A stretch of 63,319 nt of DNA, filler included, from Guillardia theta CCMP2712 (lineage: Eukaryota; Protista; Cryptophyta): assembly GCF_000315625.1 (NCBI RefSeq). It is 5 parts of 5 records of this genome, joined end to end, with 100 filler letters (N's around TTAATTAATTAA, not from the genome) between each part and the next. Parts side by side here need not be neighbours in the genome. Positions count along the whole stretch, not along the records: positions 28,678 to 58,769 come from NW_005434585.1; 4 more parts are not named here. The stretch is one strand, 5' to 3'. This document shows, one piece after another, positions 39,710-51,086 of the stretch. Positions within the stretch are counted from its first letter, which is position 1. The number at the start of each line of letters is the position of its first letter. The translations under genes and the position numbers were made by a program. The notes under the pieces were generated by a model, which was given only the letters and a program-made list of their open reading frames with translations, was not told where the DNA came from and did no database searches.

Positions 39710-41071
39710 CTATCGAAGGATAGAGAAGTAGATTACAATAATCGCGCAGAATGCGATGACCTGTCGTTAGCCAAACGAACAAAGGTTCAGAGCATAACTG
39801 TGCGACAGGAAAGATCACCACAGCAAGAATAATGCTCTCCATCTTCTTTCGACGCTGTATGCGACCTAGTTTGTTGTGTCAGTCTCTTGCAAATATGATG
39901 CTTCAACTAACCAATCAACGAGTCGATCGTCGGTAGTCGGGAGCGGAAAGAGGAGAGCTTTAGGGCTACGTTGCTGCGAGAGAGTTAGACGGAGTCGAGT
40001 GCTGTTTCGATTTTCACTTGTAGAACTGTCTCTGACTCCGAAGTGCATCGTAGGTTGTTGCTGCCCCGCTAAGAATCTTGTCGACTGTTCTTAAACTGCA
40101 AGATAATCAGATACCTCTCTCCTGAGCTCTTCAACTCACCTGTGCTGTGTTGCTCCCCGTTCGCGCACCAGCGAATCTGTCCGCGAGCTTGCAGCTAGGG
40201 CAGTCAACAAAAAATGAATATTCGATCGCAGCTGAAAACCTGTTCTAAATTCGCCTATATCCTGTCGAACGCTATGGAGAAGATCGTCTCTTTCACGTTG
40301 TTCCTGTTTTCACATCAGACGACATTCGAGGAGCTCTGCGTTACTTTGATATTAGCCTTGATCTTTCGAAACTCCTTTTCGTACTCATGAAGGAGTTCCT
40401 TGCGAAAATCTGAGTGCACTACGAGCGAACGTTTAGCCATTTCATACCCTGTGACGTTGTAGAACATTTGACATCCGAGCTCCTTCGCCAGTCTGGCAAT
40501 CACTTACGCATCGTCCCATCCCATCATTAGTTTCAGACAACTGAAATGGAGTGAGAAAGACAATCAAGTCATGATCTTTCAGCAAGTAACAAGTTGACGT
40601 CTGACCTGCAAGAGAAGGGACTCAAGCTCGGCAGCCAAAGAAGCCGAGACAGAATCTCCATTCTGCAACAAGGCATCCCTTTCCGTGTCAGCAGCAGCAG
40701 CAGCAGCAGCCAGAGGCGAATCCTGTATACTAAATATTGATACATAGCAAGCTCAAATCGAACATAGCTAGCTCAAATCGAACTCAATTGCTCTCATGTT
40801 TTCAGCGCGCATCAATGAATTCGCACAATAAGAAGAGAAGGGAAGGAATTTTTGATAGCAATTTGCATGCACGGGAAACTATCCATTGCTTCATGGTCAA
40901 TACACTCATACATACAAACATCAAAAGAGGTGAAGAGATAAGGTGCACCTGTGAAATGCTCATCCGATTATATGCTATCAGTTTGCCATCCACGTCGGCT
41001 TCCAACTGCCTTGCTCGTTTCCTCAATTCCTCCCATTGCTGGAGGAATGCAGAATTTCCATTTGCCATCAT
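39710..41071 (-). CDS. GOS1: Golgi SNARE GOS1/GOSR1 family (multi-exon)
   Basis: N-terminal WEELRKRARQLEADVDGKL, middle ELLHEYEKEFRKIKANI, and a C-terminal RRKKMESIILA..VIAFCAIIVIYFSILR* tail anchor. Confidence 0.85.
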
Positions 41072-41246
41072 TCCTCTTTGGCTGAAGAAAGAAAAAAATC
41101 AGAACTTTGTCATAACATAATTTCAACGAAATAATGTTTAAAAAACATCTCTACGGTAAGAACAAGTTCGAGAGACTTCAAGTTCCACTCTGTCTCTTAT
41201 CAAGATATTTCCTTGTCCAAGCAGTTTCCCCTTAATCTACACGTCA

Positions 41247-41333
41247 CCCAGCCTTTTCTCTTATTCTACACATCTCCCAGCCTTTTCTCTTATTCTACAC
41301 ATCTCCCAGTCTTTTCTCTTATTCTACGCATTT
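41247..41333. repeat. 29-bp minisatellite x3
   Basis: Unit CCCAGCCTTTTCTCTTATTCTACACATCT, upstream of GOS1. Confidence 0.85.
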
Positions 41334-42249
41334 CTCAATTATTTCTTTGCATGTTTCTCGTCTTTTCACTATCCTACATTCATTCTCTCTGCCTTGCCAA
41401 CGCGACGGCAGTCCTGCATCTACCCTAAATTTCAAGCTACCCTACTACCACCTACTTTGAAGGCCCACCCCATGTCCTCTACTACTTTACCTCCCCACCC
41501 CCTTTTTCAATACCACGACCCACCCGATTCCATCTCTTTTGTTGTTTACAACCCACCCTTTCCGTACCCACCCTCACGGTCCGTAAGAGTAGATACCACC
41601 ATACCCTATCACACCTAGACCCATTATCAGTGTAATAGGCCCTAGTACCCTCCTGCTGGAGATCCTCTCGCGTTATTACTCCTTGTTCTTGAGTAACGGT
41701 CGTCTACGAATAACTGCCGGGCCCGCCCAGGCGGCGGCGGGGCCCCCGGCCCGGGCCCGGCGGCTCGCCGCGGCCGAACTTCGGAATCGCACTCGGATCC
41801 GATCGGAAGGGGTGGTGGCGGCAGAACCCGGTGACCGTCATGCCTCAATTACAGCGATTACTACCGTGTGTGAGTTTACTTTCAAGTTTCAATTACGCGC
41901 TGACTCAGTGACCTGGCGCGGCCGCCGGGCACGCCCGGCGCCGGGGCGGCGTGTCCGGTGACCGCACAGGCTGATTGCCGTGAAGTGTCAAGTTCCCACT
42001 GGCTCGCCCTCTGACAGCCGATGGCTACGGAAGGCGGCCGCCCGGAGCCACTGAGCCGCTCGGACTGAGTCCACCGAACTCTGCTACTGTCCGCAATCGG
42101 CCGCGGCTGCGGCATCAGGGCGGCCGTTAGCGTTCTCAAAGCTGAAGTTCAAAAAGTTTTCCACGTATCTGTAAAAAAAATGTAAGAAAGAGTCTGTGAT
42201 TTGAGGACTCACGTTGGTTTGAAGTTTGAAAAGATTTCACGAAGTTGAA

Positions 42250-44000
42250 GTTCATTCTTGCTCTGACAGAATTCTCCAGAAGAGTGAATAGTCGTTCGAC
42301 AAACTGCACATGGTAACGAGAGGTTCGAAGACTGAATCATACAGATGTTGGAAAGCTGGAGCTTAAAACCTGTCTGGAATCAAGTATCATTCGCTTCATG
42401 CCAAAGAAGCAGGTGAATTCATGGAAGAGAAATCATTTTCGGCTGCTTACCGTACAGGGGGCAGATGAGAAAGCTAAAAGATATCCTCGGGTTCCAAGCA
42501 GGAGCTCTCTGCAGCTCCCATCTGCTGATCTAAAGTCTGGAATGGAGCAAGTGACGGCGACATAGCTGATTCCATCATGGAGGAGGGGTAGCTGGACTTG
42601 AGCCTACCTTGCACGTCAGCAGCTGAGAGGGATCGAGGTTCGATCACAGTTCTAGTGTTTCCATCGCAATCATTGTTTGTTCTTCCAAATGGAATGCACC
42701 AGTACGTGTAATCATTCAAGTTGATACGTAGAATCATGTCGACGTCCCGGAGATGTGCAATCTGGAATTTCAAGTCAGATAAGAATTGAAGCAGAGCAAG
42801 CAAACCTCATGCAGACTGAAGTATATGAATGGACCACTCAAGTCCGACAAACGCTACACAGCATAAATTCACAAGGGATCATTGTCAGTAGAGAGAAGTG
42901 CTTACAGGCAGGTCGCATGTGTCCGGTATGGTAACGGCGGTCGCCTCAGCAGGTCTCTCTCGGCCGTGGAGAGCTCCAAGAGGGTACATCAGCGATTCAG
43001 AGACATTTTTTTGAAGCAGATTTCTCCATGATTTCTCGAATTTTTCTTCTCTTTCTCTATCAATCAATTTTCGGAAAGCCTAGAGTGTCAAAGTTACTTT
43101 CTCCTGCAGAATATTTAGATATGATACCGGTATTTTGCTAAGAACACTGTAATTGCTTTCTCCAGTGAGTCTATAGGTAATTTAGGGCTCGCAAAAGGTT
43201 TTCAGCATTTTACCGAAAGCTTTTAGGCATTTCCAAACTGAAGTCCACATTCATGTAGAGAGCAGAAGATAAGCTCAAGCAGAGTAACAGGAAGACTGAT
43301 ACAAGGCTAGCGTGATGGCGCTTGAGAGTTTGACAACCATTATTACGACAAGCCCATTCGTTTGTTATAGTTCTCGACTTCATTACTTTGATCTAATGTC
43401 GAACTGCTCCTGCAGTGTTTCCGTTCTAATATCCTGTGTTCCTTCCAGAATCTTTCTGCCTCAATAAATCAGATATGAATTTGAATTCACCCCTGTCATA
43501 TTGTCTGGGAAAGTGTAAGAAATTAGATTCAATGTTCATAAACACATATTAATCTGACCTGCGAGTGTCCTCGTTTGATAAAATTGCGAAAGCGTTCTGT
43601 ACTTGTTGAAATTTCTTTCTGATCACCACACCCAACGATCCACAATAAAATGTTAGAAATAGGAATCGCTGAGTCATGCAAAGACCTTGCAAGTGTTGGC
43701 GTGTGTGCATTGCGATCAGGATGCCATAATGCAGCCTTCTTTATGTATGCTCCTTTAATTGTGTACAGTTCTGATGACTTGGAAACCCCCAGTACCTTGT
43801 AGAGATCGTAATTCTGATCGGTCACATTTCCGTCCTGTTGCCAGCATCTCATCACAACCGCTTGTATTTTCTCCGAATCACCTCATTTGAAACATCAGAA
43901 AATTGCCTTTTGCATGCTGCCTGGATGCTCCGTGGTAGGAAAGAGGTGAGAGGCCCCCTTCGAATCCCTGTCCACGAATTTCATCATGTACAATAGCCAT
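42250..44000 (-). CDS. DnaJ-domain protein (multi-exon, boundaries approximate)
   Basis: DLYKVLGVSKSSELYTIKGAYIKKAALWHPDRN is a J-domain with the HPD motif. Confidence 0.7.
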
Positions 44001-44437
44001 CACAATCTTGTCAAGCTATGAGGAAGTGCTTGTCTGCTGTTCTAACGTAATGATCTTGACCATTCCTTTGGAATTTATTCACTCTGTATTCTTGCTTCTG
44101 TTTATCAGTTGGGGCTGATCTTTCCCTAGCATGTTGCGTTCTTACCAAGCATGCCGAGGCAAGAGGGCTGAAATAAAGGAAACAACTTAGCAACTTAGGT
44201 ACGAGTCGGGAGCACTAGGCGTGTTTGTAGGAGTATATGACCTTAGGTGGGTCCTTTTCGTACGTCATAAGGCATATGTGAACGTGCATGAGAATGAAGC
44301 ACGTGCATAATCTGGAATTGATTTGTTACTCATATCGGAATTTCAATACAAGTTATAGTATACTCAAGTTCCCCTCAGAGAAAATTGTAATGAAATATTT
44401 TAGGAGTTCCAGGGTGGTACTACTCTGTAGCCCCACC

Positions 44438-45756
44438 ATGCAGGGAGCAATATCTGTCGGGCGATGCTTGTTTGGCGGCAGAGAAAGCGGTTCCCTGTGC
44501 AAGGTACTTCCTGAGCATTTCGAAGTATGTCCTTTGGAAGTATGCAGCCGCTGCAAGCGTCTTTTCCATGCGATTTGTGCTAGTAACATGGACGAGTATG
44601 AAAGAACAGGGGAATGTGGACAGGCAGAATGCAATCAAATAGCATCTGCCGCCGCCCAAGCCGCCCAAGCCGCCCAAGCCGCCCAAGCCGCCCAAGCCGT
44701 CCAAGCCCCCCAAGCCCCCCAAGCCCCCCAAGCCCCCCAAGCCGCAGAGGCCTTTGGAGCGTCAGAGCTTCAGGCAGTTCCAGCAATATCAGTTCAAGAT
44801 TCGAGTCTTAGATCTCCACAGCCAGTACCCCAGGCTCATAATGCTGCCCTTTCACGTCGAGAATTGCTAAGATTGGAGGATTCAGAACGATTAAGACGCG
44901 ATATGGAAGATATTTTGAACAACAATCTAGCTGACAGCACACGAAAAATGTATCACGGGCATATGGCTCATTTCATTGAGTTTTTGTATGCAAGAACAGC
45001 CGTGATGGTAGGGTGAATGCAGTGACGGTCAGTGGAGACTTCGTTCAGAATGTTCTAGATTCGCAAAGTCGGATGTTGGATTCGCAAAGTCGTTTACTTG
45101 AAGCTCAGAACAGATTCAATGAGAAGATGGATACAATTCTGATCAGAACGGAGCACGGGCGTGTGAGCAATACAGAGATACGGCAGGTTCAAGATGAAGC
45201 GGGAACCGGGATGCCGATGCCAACGAGCATCTATGGAGGAAGTGCAATGGACTCAATATCAGCACAAACTGGCCCGGCAAGTGGAAGCGTGGCCGCCATG
45301 CCAAGCGGGAGTGGGGCGGGCACAAGCAGCCAAGTGGACGAGTGCAAGTTTGAGTGGGGTGGCAACACAACAAGAAGCATGTACATGATTTATCATTTCG
45401 GACACGCAGATACGAAGCTACCTCCATTCAAGTCCATGAGAGGTATAGACTTCCCTACGAAATCTGATGGGAAGAGACATTCTGACCTGAATTTCATGGT
45501 GAGAATGATCGATGCCGAAGCCAGCGCTCTGGGTATCTACAAGGCCAACCCCGATCGCAGAGAGGCTGATTTCATATTCGACCATTGCGAAAATTACTTG
45601 TTTGAGCAGTATCAGAGGGTGACAGGTGCCATTCCGACGCAAGAGGACGTGTCGAACTTCAGTCTGTTATGTTGGTTGACAGTGGTAGACATGCTCAGAA
45701 AGAACGAGAGAACACGAAAGAGGAGCAGGATAGATAGAAGCTGTAATGAGGGTTAA
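44438..45756 (+). mobile_element. internally deleted Crypton-like (tyrosine recombinase) transposon remnant
   Basis: ORF1 has a Cys/His finger and ends just after the integrase N-terminal helix LADSTRKMYHGHMAHFIEFL. The out-of-frame ORF2 has FEWGG..YHFG..LPPFKSM..D, similar to Crypton C-terminal domains. No YR catalytic domain lies between them. Confidence 0.55.
44648..44746. repeat. 9-bp coding repeat (GCCGCCCAA / GCCCCCCAA; AAQ/APQ)
   Basis: Directly visible. Confidence 0.9.
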
Positions 45757-47342
45757 TGGAGAACATAAGAACTAACTTACAGTATCGCGATGGTAAAACC
45801 TTCCTGCGATACTAGATAACGTGAATGAAAAATTGCTAGAGTGAGATATGTGTAATCACCTCCACATGCTCATGCTCATCACCATCTTCATCACCTCCAT
45901 ATCCTCATGATCATCTTCATCACCTACACATCCAACACCACACCACCTCATCCTCCTAACGTCCTCGTCATCATCATCTTCATCTCCTCCACGTCCATCT
46001 CCTCCAGGCTCCACCACCTCCTCCTCCTTGTCTTCGTCCACCTCCTCTTCATCATCACCATCTCATGCATACATACATTCAATACTTGTTCAAAGGAATG
46101 ATTGAACAACAACACATAGCAACAATCAATGAGTATATGCATGGAAAAGACGCAGAAGCCGATACAAAGCGTCCATAACGCCACCATTGCGCCACACTTG
46201 GAAATTTTTTCAAGTTTTTGAATTAAGGAATTAAGTAAATCTTTACTCAAAAACCTAAGATATACCTATGTTCCAGGAGCTTCCTCCTATATAGGGATTG
46301 CGCCATAAAAATTAATTGTCACTTTTGAGGGGGGTCGTTTAGTGCTCGGGTGGTTTTGTTATAATGATTCAATAGGAAAAATTGACCAGATCCCACCACT
46401 GAATGGACCCCCTGTCCTTTCTTTACTCAAAGTTAAGTTAAAAAGCAGTGTCATGTGATCTACCAGCACCCCTCGTCCTTGTGCATTTCACCCCTCGGAT
46501 ATAACCTTTGAGGGGGTAGGGTCTTAGTATATACTGCCAAGGTCCTAGGAAGGACTCTAGAAAGGCAGGAGCTGCCGCGCAATGGAAGTGGCGGCGGCGG
46601 CGCCGGGGGAGGAGGAGGGGGACGAGGAGGGGAGGGGGACGGGGAGGAGGAGGAGTTCAAGAAGGATTCCCGAATCAGGGTGGGCCGGAGGCTGGCACTA
46701 CCGGTACTCCAGGCGTATGGGGGGAGGTGGTAGGGGAGCCTTCCCTGGCCAAGGCGCCGCGTGCAGGCAGGCAGAGGCGGCAGAGGTCGAGGTCATGCTG
46801 GTGGTCACATTATTTTGTGATATTTGTAGAGGAATCTATCGTACTGCTTTGTACATATCGAAAACATTTTCATTCCCTTTCCTTGAACCGTTGTGTTGTA
46901 CGATGTGGAGCATGTGTGAGACCGAGGCGGGTAGAGCCAATGTCTCAACCTGCTTCCTGGTGTGCTGAATTGTGCAAAGAAATGCCAAGAATGATGTTTG
47001 CCATGACACCATCTGCACGATAATTTACTGACTCTATTCTGCCTCCTTGGTTCCATTCTGCAGCGGGGGGAGGGGGGACAACATACCAGACCTGGTGAGC
47101 CATTATCTGACCATTTCGTCTGACCTCAAAGTATTCACCATCTTGACAGGCCCTGAAGGAATCATTGTGCAGCAACCAAACATGAGCTCGCAGAAGAATG
47201 GGTCAAATCAAATTCCAAACCATGTACAGCCTTATGAAACAGCGCCTGCACTTTCCGATAGCCCCGATTCACCTGATCAAGACACAACAGGTTTTGTTAC
47301 TTTTTCTGCAGACTGGTAAATAAGTGATGACTCCTTTCAGCT

Positions 47343-49828
47343 TTGTCAAGTGCTTCGATGAACGCACAATCACGAAGCCGCGTTGGAGCCATGATGCGGC
47401 AGCACATGACTTCACCGGGCTTTCCTAGTCTAGAATCGGGTCCAGGGCAGCCTCCTGGACCTCAAGCTATACCGGCGAGACCTACTGTTCCAACAACCCA
47501 GGGGCATAGTCACCAGATGACGTCTCATGTGCCGACTGCTAACATGGGAGCAAATATGAATCCGTGCATGGCTGCTGCACCGATCCCTACCGGCATGTCC
47601 CCGGGAATCGCACCAGGCCCCAATGCGAACGTGAATCCCAATATGGCAGCGGGCATGCCCGGTTCTGCTTTATCGCCTGATTTTCAAATGTACTGGAATC
47701 AGATGGCGGCGATGCAAGCAGCTGCAGCGTATCAAAACCGCCAGGATGTTCAAAGTCCAGTCATGCCTCATGTTGATCGTCCAGTTGCCCGGCAAATTCC
47801 CCCAAAGCATGAGAAGAAATCCCTTTTCAAAGTGAAAGAGAACAGAGACATTGTACTAGTATCAAACGTTGGTGGAAATGCATCTAACATGCCATCGCAA
47901 TCACAAACAACTCCAGACACTAAAGATGCAACCTCGGGCATGCCCGGTTCTGCTTTATCGCCTGGTTTTCAAATGTACTGGAATCAGATGGCGGCGATGC
48001 AAGCAGCTGCAGCGTATCAAAACCGCCAGGATGTTCAAAGTCCAGTCATGCCTCATGTTGATCGTCCAGTTGCCCGGCAAATTCCCCCAAAGCATGAGAA
48101 GAAATTACTTTTCAAAGTGAAAGAGGACAGAGACATTGTACTAGTATCAAACGTTGGTGGAAATGCATCTAACATGCCATCGCAATCACAAACAACTCCA
48201 GACACTAAAGATGCAACCTCGGGCATGCCCGGTTCTGCTTTATCGCCTGGTTTTCAAATGTACTGGAATCAGATGGCGGCGATGCAAGCAGCTGCAGCGT
48301 ATCAAAACCGCCAGGATGTTCAAAGTCCAGTCATGCCTCATGTTGATCGTCCAGTTGCCCGGCAAATTCCCCCAAAGCGTGAGAAGAAATCCCTTTTCAA
48401 AGTGAAAGAGAACAGAGACATTGTACTAGTATCAAACGTTGGTGGAAATGCATCTAACATGCCATCGCAATCACAAACAACTCCAGACACTAAAGATGCA
48501 ACCTCCAATTCAGTACAGCAGAGCTCGATTCAACCCAACAGCAATTCAAGTGAAGTTGAATCAAGCATCGGATCGAAAGTATCGATACTTTCGATCCTTG
48601 ATTTGATTGGACTGACATTTATTTTGAAAATTCCTGGTTTTGTTTTCGCAGTGCAAGGAGAGGGAGGAGCAGCAGCGCAAGGAGAGGGAGGAGCACGACG
48701 TTGCTTCCCAGGTCTTTTGTGCCATGTCTTGTATCTCGATGTGCGAATCCCTTTCCGAGCCAATTTTTTTCTCAGTTGGGTCACATCCCATCGTGGAATT
48801 TCGAGTCCTTCACGGGCCTGCAGCAGATCGGCTCAGGCTCCTCCAAGCTCGTCTACAGGGCTCGGTGGCAGCATCCGCATGGCAGCAGCGCTGAGGTTGC
48901 CATCCAGCGAATCAGTGGCAGCGGAGGCACTAGGAGGAGAAAAGAGTTCGACCAGGAGGTGAAGATCTTCCGCGAGCTGGGCCGTCACCCCAATCTCCTT
49001 CGCCTTCTCGCCACCAGCATCGAGCCGAGCTCCGGCGACTGCTGCCTGGTGACTGAGTTTGCTTCCAAAGGCTCTCTCGATGTGATCTTGTCCAACTTCG
49101 CCGAGGAGGAGGAGACAATGAGTCTGCTGGTGCAGCTGCAGGTGGCGAGGCAGATCTGTGACGGGATGGTGCAGCTGTCGCTGCATGAGGTTGTGCATCG
49201 GGACCTGGCGGCGAGGAACGTGCTTGTGTTCAGCCTAGACCCGGAGGATCACCTGGCTCTCAGCGTCAAGATAGCCGACTACGGGCTGTCCATCATGGCC
49301 TCGCGCGGGTACGGGGAGAGTAGGGCCGGGTGCGTGAGCACGGCAGGCTCGACAGCTCGGCCCGTCCGGTGGATGGCGCCGGAGAGCATAAGACGAAGGC
49401 AGTACTCGGAGAAGAGCGACGTGTGGGCGTTCGGGGTGACCATGTGGGAGGTCTGGACTTACGGAGAAGTGCCTTATTGGGAAATCACAAATGACGCTGA
49501 AGTGGGACCCAAGGTTGTAGATGGCGAGCGACTTGCGGCTCCTTCAGCATGCCCGCCTAACGTTTATTCCATCATGCAAAAATGCTGGAAGGAGAAGAAG
49601 ACCGAGCGACCAAGTTTCAGCCAGCTACAGCAGCTGCTTCAGGAGCAGTACGACGAAGCCGTCGGAGATCGCGGCCAGGAATGCGTCGTCTGCTTGGAGC
49701 GAAGAGCTGAATGGGCGCTCATCCCCTGTGGTCACAAGTGTTTGTGTGAGGACTGCAAGGAGGGAGCGACGTCGAGGCCATGCCCGATGTGTCGCTCGAG
49801 CGCGACGAGCATCTACAAGATTTACTAG
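47343..49828 (+). CDS. tyrosine-kinase-type protein kinase with C-terminal C3HC4 RING and N-terminal 95-aa repeats (further 5' exons likely)
   Basis: HRDLAARN, KIADYG, PVRWMAPE and SDVWAFGVTMWE. RING CVVC..IPCGHKCLCEDC..CPMCR. Linkage to the upstream repeat exon is inferred from splice sites. Confidence 0.85.
47650..48505 (+). repeat. 285-bp in-frame tandem triplication
   Basis: Units start at 47650, 47935 and 48220 and differ by only a few substitutions. Confidence 0.95.
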
Positions 49829-50006
49829 TACAAGATCAGCCAGCAGGAGCTATGAATTGTTGGCTCGTCTCAGCTCGTCATGAGGCGCGATAGTCACAGT
49901 CTGACTTGTTTACCTCAAGTAAACCTAGTCTACCTTGACCTAGTCTATCCCAGTCTTTCCTGTCACGTGCTCTGCTAGGGCCTCTGCTAGGGCCTGGCCG
50001 CAGAGT

Positions 50007-50715
50007 AGGACAGCTCATGCTTGCAAGGCTGTAACGCTCGACGCATGATGAAGCAGCTGCCCTTCTCCCTCGAAGGCGCAGCAACCAAGCTCGAAGCAGT
50101 CGGCTTCGACAGGGAGCCTGAGGCAGCTGGTCAGCGGGGCACCAGCGACGCTGGAGTTTACAGACCTGGAGAGGATCACAATGGAGGCAGCATCTCAGTC
50201 AAGCCAAGAGGACATGCAGCTCGTCAGCGAGCTGTCAGCAGTCATCGAAGATGCAACTTCCCTGAACGACACGGGGACAAGCGAGCCGATCAAGCTGGTC
50301 CTGGACAAGGCCGTTGGCAACCTCCACGACACCTTCTACTCTCCGGGGAGCCTGGAGTTCATGTCGCTGGGAGAGTGGGCGAAGATGCCAGAGGAGCAGG
50401 GAGTGGGACGCAACGTTCTCAAGGAGAAGCTGGGGGAGTGGCTGCAGAGCAAGCGCTTGACTCGCGTGCAAGGAGAGAGCAAGAAGGCAAGGAGGGGCAG
50501 CGCGTTTCGAGTCGCCACGGGCAACGGCAGCTGCTGAGCTTGAGCAGGAGGCGGAGAGCGACGACATCGAGCTTCGATCTCTTAGCGTCCTGTTCATAGC
50601 ACTGAGTAAATTCGCAGAGATGCACGTGCTGGAGGCTGCTCGCTGAAGGTGGACAGGTATGAAGCAACCGAAGGCCAAGGGGAGGAGAGGCAACTCTCCC
50701 GACTGAGGCTGAGGA
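50007..50715 (+). mobile_element. element A copy 0 (degenerate, internally deleted, tail-less)
   Basis: Homologous to parts of the ORF and 3' repeat of A1/A2. It ends at GAGGAAG directly joined to telomere repeats. Confidence 0.85.
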
Positions 50716-50753
50716 AGGGTTTAGGGTTTAGGGTTTAGGGTTTAGGGTTTAGG
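50716..50753 (+). repeat. interstitial telomeric repeat (TTTAGGG)n
   Basis: About 5 units, G-rich strand on +. Confidence 0.97.
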
Positions 50754-51017
50754 AGGCGCCGTTATTTTCCGCTCAGAGCAATCAACACACCCTCATCCTG
50801 TTATACCTCGACTTTGCAAACTTTTTAACAACGTGGCAGTCGAATCCATCGCAAAAATCATGGAAGTATATGGCTTCCATCACTGTGATGTAGACGTGGT
50901 AATCAGCGGCAGCAAAGGGATAGCATTGCAGATTCAAGAGAAGACAGCAGAAGTAGAGAGTAGAAAGACGCCTCAGAAGCAGGGTTCGCATCGTAGGCCG
51001 TGTACTCCCAGTGCTCG
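50754..51017 (+). mobile_element. element B copy 1 (mini derivative with RT fragment, frameshifted)
   Basis: Shares the A 5' tip AGGCGCCGTTATTTTC and part of the A 3' region. The middle encodes an RT motif-A-like peptide (5-T run versus 6-T in B2). Confidence 0.8.
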
Positions 51018-51086
51018 AGGGTTTAGGGTTTAGGGTTTAGGGTTTAGGGTTTAGGGTTTGCTGAGGGTTTAGGGTTTAGGGTTTAG
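51018..51086 (+). repeat. interstitial telomeric repeat with GCTG interruption
   Basis: (TTTAGGG)n-TTTGCTGAGGG-(TTTAGGG)n. Confidence 0.97.

Noticed and set aside
43930-43978. TTCGAATCC T-loop-like motif suggesting a tRNA
   Set aside because: No cloverleaf can be built, and it lies within the probable DnaJ gene.
44194-46259. CTTAGGT / ACCTAAG as terminal inverted repeats of the Crypton-like element
   Set aside because: A 7-bp match is expected by chance, and Cryptons are not defined by TIRs.
49905-49995. Two CCTAGTCTA words (reverse complement of the elements' TAGACTAG) just before the array
   Set aside because: Only 8-9 bp matches, without the 17-mer or tail; insufficient evidence for an inverted copy.
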